NCBI GenBank assembly: GCA_965279035.1
Contig: OZ257142.1
Location: 3,008,001-3,072,000, forward strand
DNA length: 64,000 bases
Direction: 5' to 3'
Source of the DNA: Bacteroidia bacterium
Lineage (GTDB): Bacteria > Bacteroidota > Bacteroidia > M30B66
The notes below the pieces were generated by a model. That model did no database searches. It was given only the letters and a program-made list of their open reading frames with translations, and was not told the DNA's origin. Position numbers and translations under genes: made by a program. Shown here piece by piece: positions 1 to 8,685 of this stretch. Each line of letters opens with the position of its first letter. The stretch's first letter is position 1.

Positions 1-571
1 TGAAAGGGCCTTTCGGTTTCACTTTTCCGTGCTTTTTCACTTCGGCAAGAAACTCTTTATCCAAGCGATTATGGATAACACCTTGAATTGGTTTTTTAAA
101 TTGAAAACAACTTTTCAAATAATGTGAAACAAAAATCATTTCACGGGTGCAATGCTCCGAAATGAAACAAAGAAAACGGAATAATGAAGCGGGTTTTACA
201 CTTACTTCATGCATGTGCTGAATGGTATGAACACCCCGAATTTTCGCTGCTATTAATGCTCCAAATGGCAATAAGGTATTGACATGAACAGTATCATTCT
301 TTTTCAGTTTTACTAATAAAGACGTAAATAAATACACCTGAACATAGAGAAAATTCAAGAGTGTAATATATTTTTTCGGGCTCCAGGAATAGGGTAAATG
401 ATGATAGTGAACACCTTCAATATCCGACAGGAAGCCCTTGCTATTTGAAGTATACAGATGAACATCTTTTCCAGCTTCCACATAATCCAATAGTACCATT
501 GAAAATACAAGAGGACTTCCGCTGATGTCGTTTAATAAATGAATGCCGTATAGTTTTCCTGAATTTTTCAT
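1..571 (-). CDS. Glycosyltransferase family 4, N-terminal part (runs off window edge)
   Basis: Not in the ORF track. Manual translation from ATG at 571 gives MKNSGKLYGIHLLNDISGSPLVFSM...VHVNTLLPFGALIAAKIRGVHTIQHMHEVS..., open to position 1. ATGA overlap with the stop of the upstream GT; GT-B N-terminal pattern. Confidence 0.8.
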   Translation of the reverse strand, partial: MKNSGKLYGIHLLNDISGSPLVFSMVLLDYVEAGKDVHLYTSNSKGFLSDIEGVHYHHLPYSWSPKKYITLLNFLYVQVYLFTSLLVKLKKNDTVHVNTLLPFGALIAAKIRGVHTIQHMHEVSVKPASLFRFLCFISEHCTREMIFVSHYLKSCFQFKKPIQGVIHNRLDKEFLAEVKKHGKVKPKGPF

Positions 572-1890
572 TGTGAAATGGTATTTCCGGTTAAACTAAA
601 AAGGGTTTCATTTTGATCGGATGATGATTGGGCATTTTGAGTATTTCCAGCAACTTTACGATAGATAGCATACAGTTCGTCTGCCCGGTTTTCCCAAAGG
701 AAAGTGCTTAAAAATCGTTGCCGTGCTAATTGGCGTTCGTGCTGATAAAATGCTGAATCATGTTTCAATCGTAGGAGTTGATCTGCAAAGGCATTTTTCC
801 AATCAGCATTCGGATTATACTCTATTTTCAATGCTGAATCCGGATGAATAAATCGTCCTGGACCACAATTATCCCAACATAAAACTGGTACACCATAACT
901 CAATGCTTCTGCTACAACCATTCCTGCACCTTCGTGCGATGGGAAAAGAAAAACCGAAGTGGTTTGATAAATCTTTTTCAATTCATCCCTTGGAATCCAT
1001 TCGATAATTTCGAGTTGAGCAGAAATTCCAAGTGAGATTGCTAATGCTTTTAATTTGTGTTTTTCTGGTCCACTTCCAACGAGAATTAATTTAGCTTTAT
1101 GTTTTTCAGAATCTTTGAGTTGAATATAGAATTGATGAAATGCTTCTATCGTAATATCAAAACCTTTTAATCCAACAAAACGTCCAGCAGATAAAACAAT
1201 AAACTCATCTGTTTCAATCGGTTTATCAACTTCTTCGGATGCAACAGAAGGCAAAATGGAGTACTTATTTTTCAGTCCTAATTTATTCGCTGCTTCTTGA
1301 TGCATGCAGAAAATATGATCAGCCGAATTGCGTGTTATTTTTAAGAAAGGATCTAGGTACCAAAAAACATTTTTCAGAGTCCAAAGAAATCGATCCATAA
1401 TTAAATTCCGAGTCGAATAAAATGGACGAATAAATCCTTTAGGAATACGCGGATGATGTCCTACAGGTCCCCAAACAAAAGGCTTACGCCAAATCCAAAG
1501 AAAACTAGGAGTCCAATCGTTGTGGAAATTTAAATTATGAACCACATCCACTTGATTGCGCAATGATCGAAAATGAAGCGCTAATCCGAGTTGCCAGAAA
1601 TAATAATAAATGAGACTTAAAACGGGGCCTTTTTTCCAGAATAATAATTTCTTAGGCCAATCGTAATATCGGAATTCGATACGATCATAAAGTTCATTTA
1701 ATTCGGGATGTTCCTCTTGATATTTCTCAATTGCAGGACGATTGTTTTTCCGCGTGACAGCAATGACTTTGCAATTTTTTGCGATTTGCAAAACAAAATT
1801 CCAGCCCATACCATCTTCCGAACCTTTGAACGGATTGATGGCATAGGCAGAGGCAAACACAGTAATGTTCGGAGTAGAAGTGTTTATCAT
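568..1890 (-). CDS. Glycosyltransferase family 4
   Basis: N-terminal SAYAINPFKGSEDGMGWN, AGRFVGLKG and EX7E motif (FPSHEGAGMVVAEA), typical of GT4. Confidence 0.9.
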   Translation of the reverse strand: MINTSTPNITVFASAYAINPFKGSEDGMGWNFVLQIAKNCKVIAVTRKNNRPAIEKYQEEHPELNELYDRIEFRYYDWPKKLLFWKKGPVLSLIYYYFWQLGLALHFRSLRNQVDVVHNLNFHNDWTPSFLWIWRKPFVWGPVGHHPRIPKGFIRPFYSTRNLIMDRFLWTLKNVFWYLDPFLKITRNSADHIFCMHQEAANKLGLKNKYSILPSVASEEVDKPIETDEFIVLSAGRFVGLKGFDITIEAFHQFYIQLKDSEKHKAKLILVGSGPEKHKLKALAISLGISAQLEIIEWIPRDELKKIYQTTSVFLFPSHEGAGMVVAEALSYGVPVLCWDNCGPGRFIHPDSALKIEYNPNADWKNAFADQLLRLKHDSAFYQHERQLARQRFLSTFLWENRADELYAIYRKVAGNTQNAQSSSDQNETLFSLTGNTISQ

Positions 1891-2591
1891 GCAGCAGATT
1901 GTTGATCACGTTGTTTTAAAATCCGCGCAGGTACGCCGCCAATAACAGCATAGTCGGGAAAATGTCCGGTTACAACAGCTCCGGCAGCTATCACACAATG
2001 ATTTCCGATTGTTGCACCATCCAAGATGCTTACTTTAGAACCAATCCAACATCCCGAACCAATGACAATTCCTTTGCGCGTTACTCCTTGCAAACGGATA
2101 AGTTCTTCGGGATTTATAAATACATGGTTTTCGGGATGACAAGAAAAATATTGTCCAATGATACAGTCTGAACCAATCTTCAATCCTCCACCCCCACCTA
2201 AATAAGCAAACTCGCCCATTCCAACGCGATCGCCAATTTGAATTCCGATTCCAGGTTGATTAAGCGATGTTGATGCTACAATTTGACTATACGAACCAAT
2301 ACTTACGTTTTTACCAAGTTGAATACCTTGAGTACTTAAGGCTGAAAACAAAACATGGTCGCCAGCTTTAAGCAAACGACCATAGCGAAAGGAAGAAAAA
2401 TAACGAAAACGAACACCAGAACCGAGCATCATCATTTTAGGAGAACGCCCTCTGAGAAGGACTTTGAAACCTCTCAGTAATTGAAACACGGTTTGAATTC
2501 CAAAACTCCAAAGCATTTTGCCAGTTACGGCTTCATGCATGTTGAAGTCAGGATTTCGTACTTGAATGAGTCGAGTGTATAGGTGTTTCAT
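1887..2591 (-). CDS. Hexapeptide-repeat (LbH) polysaccharide O-acyltransferase
   Basis: Hexapeptide repeats (IGSDCIIG, IGSGCWIG, IGNHCVIAAGAVV, GGVPARIL). Start moved to the ATG at 2591 (MKHLYTR) to shorten the overlap with the upstream gene. Confidence 0.88.
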   Translation of the reverse strand: MKHLYTRLIQVRNPDFNMHEAVTGKMLWSFGIQTVFQLLRGFKVLLRGRSPKMMMLGSGVRFRYFSSFRYGRLLKAGDHVLFSALSTQGIQLGKNVSIGSYSQIVASTSLNQPGIGIQIGDRVGMGEFAYLGGGGGLKIGSDCIIGQYFSCHPENHVFINPEELIRLQGVTRKGIVIGSGCWIGSKVSILDGATIGNHCVIAAGAVVTGHFPDYAVIGGVPARILKQRDQQSAA

Positions 2592-5028
2592 TGCTTGTGT
2601 TACCCACCACATTACGCATGATGGATTCCACTGTTTCGCCAATTTCTACGTTTTCTATACATCGATACAGATGAGTATGATCTCCTTTTTGAAGACGAGC
2701 AAATAATTCGGTGTATTGTTTTGTGAGGCTGATAATAGTTTCTTTATCGAGCTCTTGTTTACGCTTTAAAATCACGTCTGGCGCAGCCCACAGGAAATAA
2801 TTAAATTCTGGTTTTTTAATAAATGGATAGAATTTTTCGGTGAATTTAGGATTTAATGCAATGTTACTTCTTCGACTATCATTGATAAAATCGAAGTAAT
2901 ATCGATCATAAAGCACAATGGTATTTTTTCTTACATAACGGAAATAAATAAACCACTGACCAAAAATATAATCGCAGAGGTAATAAGCAAAACGAATGAG
3001 TGATGAGATTTTACTTGAGTTTTGTCCTTGACGAGGTAAGGTAGAAACAGAGCGTTCTTCAGCTCCTTTTTTTCCATATTTCAAAGCACTGATAATAGGT
3101 AATATAGAAGGACGATGCCGAATAACAATAACGCGACGACGATGTTTCTTTTCGAGTTCTGTTTTAACAGCATCAATGATGGTTGATTTTCCAGCACCAT
3201 CAACTCCGCTGAATGTAATTAAGAATCCTTTTTCGCTGCGCATATTTTGAAGAATTTCGGTCCAATATCTGATTCTGTTTTTGATTTTAGAAAAACCTGA
3301 ATTTTCAGGACGATTTAAAACAGATTGAATAAGCTTCTTTTGCTCAATCTTATCAGGTTGATTGTGTGTCCAGATGAGATGTTTTTGAGGAATTAGAGCC
3401 CCATTGAGCGTGTAGAATAATAGCACATATTCCCTATTGGATTCTGGTGATGCATTGGAAATTCCATTGTGAGAAATGATTCTATTTTTAAGCACTTTCG
3501 AGGCATCCAAATATTCGATATGATTTCGTTTGAATTGAAATATGAAATCCAGATCGATTCTGCTACCATCCAATAAAATAACTTCCACCTGAAGCATTTT
3601 AATTAAATTCTTAATCACAACGTGTTTCACCCAAGAATGCTGTTTAAAAAAATCAATCATCTTTTGGGCATCAGCTCGGGTTGTGCACAAATCAATATCT
3701 GAATTTATTGGCGTATACGATAAATCGGGTAAATTGAATTTCAATAAGGCATATTCGAATGAAGAAATTTCCTTTTGAAAATCGATAAGGACAGATTTAC
3801 GAACTTCTTCATTTTGCACAGCAAGCAAATACTGAATGGATTGAGCCCAAGTTTCCAACAACCAGTTGACTTGCGTGTGCCATTTTTCTTGATTCGAATA
3901 TACATTCAGATAATAGGAACACACTCGATTGAGATAATGCATTTCGATGAGTGCCGGATGGATTTGATTGGATTTTAAAAACGAATCTACAGTAGGAATA
4001 GCAAGCATTTCCTGAATACGAGATCGGATTTGAGCAAAGGAAATTCGTTCAACTAAAATGGCTTGTTGATATACGTAATGAAAAAGATCTTCGAGAGGAA
4101 TTCCCTGTTCTTGATACATTTCCCAATCAAGAATCTGCAGTCGTTTGCCCAACATGCGGCAATTCCAAGGCGTGAAATCACCATGAACAGGAGCAGAATG
4201 AAACAAAGGATTGCTCAAACAAAATGATTGAAGTTTTGTAAAATCAACAATAAATTCAGGATTGAATTTTTTGGGATTTAAAGAAAATGTTTCAATCGTA
4301 GGTGATGTATTATTCAATCCACTCGAAACCCATTCAACAAAGCTCGAAACGTCCAATTGAGAAACTAAAGGTACTGATTTGGCAGATTCTCCTTTTAAAG
4401 AAGTTTGAGAAAAATTGGATGAATTATTTTTATTGATTGAAAAGGGATAATCAAAAAAACGTTCCGCCGAAGATGCTTTTAAATTGCTTAATGCTTTGTT
4501 CTCATTTCCGAGATTTTGTTTTGCAATTTCAGTGAAGGGGAATTTATCAAAAACAACATTTCCATTCTCATCGATTGTCCGCAAAATGGCTTTACGATTC
4601 GGTCCAACTGTACCAGTAAAAACTGCCCAAATTCGATTAGAAGGATCGCAATATTCAAAATCAGCTACTTGTATTATTCCTTGTTTAAAAAACCTGCCAA
4701 GTCCAAGTTTAAAGCTGAATTTTGCAGCTAAAACAAAGAGTTTACTTTTAAAATTTCCTTGATTATAAAAATGAATAAAATTAGGCTGAGAAGCATTTGC
4801 TGACCAAAGCCAACGGGTTGTTCCATCAGAATTATAAATACAATGAAAAGTGAGAATGGATTTGGAACTTGATTTTCGAATTAATCCAAAAGCTTTTAAT
4901 AATTCAATATCAAAATTTTTATCTTCTTTGAAAGAATTAATTGTTGTATCAAGTTTAACTTCAGAATGAAGTCTTTCATTTTCTGATGAAGCAGACATGT
5001 TAAATGAAAGAGATAGCGCCTTTTCCAT
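2548..5028 (-). CDS. Multidomain protein: APH/choline-kinase-like phosphotransferase + nucleotidyltransferase-like + thymidylate-kinase-like
   Basis: HGDFTPWN and ILDWE (Brenner/APH motifs, ~nt 4120-4185). SDIDL...IDLDF (Pol-beta-type Asp motif, ~nt 3545-3700). LITFSGVDGAGKST P-loop (~nt 3181-3220) and LYDRYYFD (TMPK DR motif). Confidence 0.75.
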   Translation of the reverse strand: MEKALSLSFNMSASSENERLHSEVKLDTTINSFKEDKNFDIELLKAFGLIRKSSSKSILTFHCIYNSDGTTRWLWSANASQPNFIHFYNQGNFKSKLFVLAAKFSFKLGLGRFFKQGIIQVADFEYCDPSNRIWAVFTGTVGPNRKAILRTIDENGNVVFDKFPFTEIAKQNLGNENKALSNLKASSAERFFDYPFSINKNNSSNFSQTSLKGESAKSVPLVSQLDVSSFVEWVSSGLNNTSPTIETFSLNPKKFNPEFIVDFTKLQSFCLSNPLFHSAPVHGDFTPWNCRMLGKRLQILDWEMYQEQGIPLEDLFHYVYQQAILVERISFAQIRSRIQEMLAIPTVDSFLKSNQIHPALIEMHYLNRVCSYYLNVYSNQEKWHTQVNWLLETWAQSIQYLLAVQNEEVRKSVLIDFQKEISSFEYALLKFNLPDLSYTPINSDIDLCTTRADAQKMIDFFKQHSWVKHVVIKNLIKMLQVEVILLDGSRIDLDFIFQFKRNHIEYLDASKVLKNRIISHNGISNASPESNREYVLLFYTLNGALIPQKHLIWTHNQPDKIEQKKLIQSVLNRPENSGFSKIKNRIRYWTEILQNMRSEKGFLITFSGVDGAGKSTIIDAVKTELEKKHRRRVIVIRHRPSILPIISALKYGKKGAEERSVSTLPRQGQNSSKISSLIRFAYYLCDYIFGQWFIYFRYVRKNTIVLYDRYYFDFINDSRRSNIALNPKFTEKFYPFIKKPEFNYFLWAAPDVILKRKQELDKETIISLTKQYTELFARLQKGDHTHLYRCIENVEIGETVESIMRNVVGNTSNETPIHSTHSSTKS

Positions 5029-6353
5029 CAGGTAGAACTAAGTTGAGATGATTGATCTGATTGAAGCCAGGCGTATTTCTTTTGTCGTATTTTCAATTTT
5101 ACACGTTCGCGAAGACTCAAGGTTTGAGGCAATTGCATGGTGATATAGAAAATTATTAATTGGTAAAATAAAATACCATAATTGGTTTCTCCAAAAATTC
5201 CAAACTCGGTAAAACTATTAATGAGAATTGGAATGAACATTCCTAAGATCATCAGTTTCTTATCGTTTACTTTCTCTGTAACAGTGGCTTTCAACGTAAA
5301 AAACAACTGAAATAAAACGATAGTAAATCCAATAAAACCTAAATTCATTAAAACTTGAATAAAGGTATTATGTGTCATTTGTCCGGCGTATGTGTGAACA
5401 CCTTGAAAATAGTCTTTATAGGCAATCCGCATAAAACCAAATCCGAGTAAAGGTTCTTTGGGCAAACCTTCTGTTATCAATGCTTGCCAAAAAGGTAAAC
5501 GACCAGTCATCGACATTACTTCATCTAAACCACCTGCATTTTCTTTTACAATCATTTTCTCCAATGCAAGCGGAATCGCCATAAAGGAAGAAGCATACAT
5601 GGCAATTTTTAATTTCACATTGGAGCTTTGTCGAATATGAAAAAATGCAATTAATAAAGCACCAATCGTACTTGATCGTGAACCAGTAAGAACCAATGCC
5701 CACAACAAAAGAAGCACTTTAATGATGGTCCATACTTTCCGATGATTTCGATATAAATTGAAAATTAGACAGGAAATTCCAACAGCGCAAAGCATTCCAA
5801 GTTCGTTTGGATTCATGAAAAATCCACCCAAACGCGCTTCTTCACCACCATGAGTAAGTCGGTAAAAATCATCTGGATTGATATACATGCCCACTAAGAA
5901 TATCAAAATCATCAGAAATACAGCATTACCTGCAACATGATATAATTTAATTCCACAATCGGGGAAATATCCATCGAGTAATATGAAACACTGAACAAAG
6001 AAGAAAGCGAAGATTAAACCTTCAAAATCCATGATCCACTGTAATGAGCTATAGCCCAAATTCGTAGACCAGAGAAAGGAAATTAATCCTAATGCTAAAT
6101 AGGCAGAATATAAAAACGGGCTTAATCCAAACTTCCAAGATATCTTGCTGGAAGCGCCATGAGCAACTATGTTGTTACGCACCCAAATGATTAACATGGT
6201 CATGCTAAATCGGGTGATGATTTTAATAATACGGGTGATATTGATGTTTTCGCTCCAAGTGAAAAATCCGGCGAGTTTAATAAACAAGATTATAAGCAGC
6301 AAGGTTTGCAGCCGTTTAAAAAATCTCAGTTTATCCTCTTCGGAACGTATCAT
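5028..6353 (-). CDS. wzy: Polysaccharide polymerase / O-antigen ligase family (Wzy_C)
   Basis: Many TM segments; RLGG.FMNPN, LTGSRS, TGR..FW, GFGF and THN motifs; lies within a wza-wzc-wzx operon. Confidence 0.8.
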   Translation of the reverse strand: MIRSEEDKLRFFKRLQTLLLIILFIKLAGFFTWSENINITRIIKIITRFSMTMLIIWVRNNIVAHGASSKISWKFGLSPFLYSAYLALGLISFLWSTNLGYSSLQWIMDFEGLIFAFFFVQCFILLDGYFPDCGIKLYHVAGNAVFLMILIFLVGMYINPDDFYRLTHGGEEARLGGFFMNPNELGMLCAVGISCLIFNLYRNHRKVWTIIKVLLLLWALVLTGSRSSTIGALLIAFFHIRQSSNVKLKIAMYASSFMAIPLALEKMIVKENAGGLDEVMSMTGRLPFWQALITEGLPKEPLLGFGFMRIAYKDYFQGVHTYAGQMTHNTFIQVLMNLGFIGFTIVLFQLFFTLKATVTEKVNDKKLMILGMFIPILINSFTEFGIFGETNYGILFYQLIIFYITMQLPQTLSLRERVKLKIRQKKYAWLQSDQSSQLSST

Positions 6354-7474
6354 ATACTCAAAGCACGTTGATAAATGGAATTAAAATCCTTGAGTATTTT
6401 TTTCCAGTTGAAGTTCGATTCAACCATAGCTCGAGAACGAATTTGAAGTTCTTGAGGAGCAGTATGAATGTACATTCTGTAGGAAGCAATGAGTCCTTCC
6501 AGCATTTCAATTTTGTTCGTATCCGAAATAACAATACCAGCTTTAGACTGACGGATTTCATCACCTAAATTAGTTGCTTCAGAAATTAAACACGGTATTC
6601 CCATAGAAGCTGCTTCGAGCACGGCTGTAGGCAGACCTTCATTACGACTTGGATGAACAAATAGATTCAATTGTGCAAGTAAACCATCCTTTTCGGCACC
6701 AAAGCGACTACCCCAAAACGTAATTTTTTCTTTAATCCCAAGTGTTTCTGCGCGTTGCTCAAGTGAGGTACGTTCGGGACCATCACCAATTATCCAAAGA
6801 TGGGCTGTAGGAACTTCATTCAGAAAGAGTGTAAAAGCGTCAAGTAAAACATCCAAACCTTTGGTATATACATCAACCCGTCCACAAAAACCAATGAGGT
6901 AATTGGAAGTCGCAGAATTTAAAATAGCTGCATGTTCGCCAAATAATTCAAATCCATAAGGAACACGTTGTATTTGAATGCCTTTTAATAAATGATTGAG
7001 TCCATCTGATTCGCTTTTACCTAATACGTGAACAATGGCAGCTTTTTGCAACATCGATTGTTCAAAGAGGCGAAAATAAATGGCTTTCGACATTCCACTT
7101 TTTCTCCAAGCGATGCGGTTGTAGCTTCCATGAGGAGTGAAAATAAATTTCTTACCATGCGCAGCTAAATAATTAGCGATTGAATAAAAAACGGGAATAA
7201 ATCCACCATGCAAATGAAAAACAACATCATCCGAAGTTTCCAAAATTGCAAGCTTCATGAATTCGGGAATAAAAAACGGAAATCTATACTTTTTAAAAAG
7301 TACAGTTTTAAAATTCCGTTCAGGATAATCGTGTTCAAGAGAATTGGAAATACCCCAAACCTGAACAGGGATGCCTGCTTTAGATTGTTCAGTAGCTAAA
7401 TTATAGACTACTTTATTCACCCCATTCATACGCTGAGGATTTACTTTTCCTAATGCGATATGGATAATTTCCAT
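6350..7474 (-). CDS. Glycosyltransferase family 4
   Basis: FCGRVDVYTKGLD and PSRNEGLPTAVLEA (EX7E). Confidence 0.92.
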   Translation of the reverse strand: MEIIHIALGKVNPQRMNGVNKVVYNLATEQSKAGIPVQVWGISNSLEHDYPERNFKTVLFKKYRFPFFIPEFMKLAILETSDDVVFHLHGGFIPVFYSIANYLAAHGKKFIFTPHGSYNRIAWRKSGMSKAIYFRLFEQSMLQKAAIVHVLGKSESDGLNHLLKGIQIQRVPYGFELFGEHAAILNSATSNYLIGFCGRVDVYTKGLDVLLDAFTLFLNEVPTAHLWIIGDGPERTSLEQRAETLGIKEKITFWGSRFGAEKDGLLAQLNLFVHPSRNEGLPTAVLEAASMGIPCLISEATNLGDEIRQSKAGIVISDTNKIEMLEGLIASYRMYIHTAPQELQIRSRAMVESNFNWKKILKDFNSIYQRALSI

Positions 7475-8685
7475 GCGAAATGTTTTTTACGGTAAAGGAA
7501 GATGATCCAGATACTTGTCATTAATATTTGACTGAGCATCATTCCAGCAATGATACCGGCCGATTGATAAGTCCGAATAAGAAAACTTGCAGAAATTAAA
7601 ATCAGAACTAATGCAGCAGCATGTGCAATAAAATAAACATGATTATATCCTGAAGCACGAATTAAAACTCGAATTGGGTATGCAATTAGAATGAGGAAAT
7701 ACAATAAAGCAATCCAAAGATGAAGAGGTTCTGTTATTTCTTGAGGACTAATTAATTTAGCTAAGAATGGGAAGAACAAAGCTAAAAGCACCAATAATCC
7801 AGCAACAGGTAATAAAAAAGCTGCAGAGATTCTTAAAACAAATGAAGCTTTATCACCTGAACGTCCATTCCATGCCGCCACTTTAGGAACTGCGTAATTT
7901 TCGTATGCTTGAAGGAAAATATTTAACAATCCAAATAAATACTGTGTTAAACGAAGCAGTCCGAGTGCAGATGCGCTTATCCATGCTCCAGCAGCCATCA
8001 ATAAATAGTTGGAACTACTCCATTGAACTACCGAAGTAATCACCATCCATCCTGCTGTGGAAGCTGTTTTCTTGATGTAATATCCTTTCATTCGTCTTCC
8101 CGATGATGTAGGTTTGAGGATGAAAAGGAAAAGTAATCCAGTTAAAGAGGATCCTCCTAAAATGAGAAGAGCTTGTGCAGGGTGAGTAGGAGATAAAATT
8201 AAAATTGCCCCTCCAAATAAAAGCACATTTAATCCATCAATTATTAAAAGATTTAATCCTGGATAAAGGATAATACAGAGTTTACGAAGCAAATCAGATA
8301 TAAGCCAAATAAAAGAGACTAAAAATAATATTCCAAAATGCAAAGAAGGATTGTAAATGATTTGAAATAAAAACTCAAATATGATTGATAATATTATTGC
8401 AGAAGGAAATGCTAAAAATAGAATGGTTCCGGTGTATTTTCTTCTGGAAGTTTCTCCTAGTTTACCAAGGAAAACTTGTGCAGGTTGAATAAATAATGCT
8501 TGTTGAAATGACATCAATAACATCATTCCCAAATAAACTAATGCATAAGTTCCGTATCCTTCGAGTTGTAATTTCCAAGCAAGTAAAAAATTACTAAGAA
8601 AACCGGCAGCACTAATGAGCGATTGATCAGCTATAAGAAGCAATCGTGCATCTAAATTCCTCAGCCATGTGTATAAATTTTTCAT
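7450..8685 (-). CDS. wzx: Wzx-like polysaccharide flippase
   Basis: Highly hydrophobic 411 aa with DQSLIS...YGTYAL N-terminus typical of the MOP/Wzx family; operon context. Confidence 0.7.
   Translation of the reverse strand: MKNLYTWLRNLDARLLLIADQSLISAAGFLSNFLLAWKLQLEGYGTYALVYLGMMLLMSFQQALFIQPAQVFLGKLGETSRRKYTGTILFLAFPSAIILSIIFEFLFQIIYNPSLHFGILFLVSFIWLISDLLRKLCIILYPGLNLLIIDGLNVLLFGGAILILSPTHPAQALLILGGSSLTGLLFLFILKPTSSGRRMKGYYIKKTASTAGWMVITSVVQWSSSNYLLMAAGAWISASALGLLRLTQYLFGLLNIFLQAYENYAVPKVAAWNGRSGDKASFVLRISAAFLLPVAGLLVLLALFFPFLAKLISPQEITEPLHLWIALLYFLILIAYPIRVLIRASGYNHVYFIAHAAALVLILISASFLIRTYQSAGIIAGMMLSQILMTSIWIIFLYRKKHFAWKLSISH

Noticed and set aside
2592-2642. Extended N-termini in the ORF track (also 24365-24421, 41086-41154, 48971-49009, 53774-53830, 56001-56036)
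   Set aside because: They overlap neighbouring genes, promoter boxes or operators; downstream ATGs give family-typical starts.
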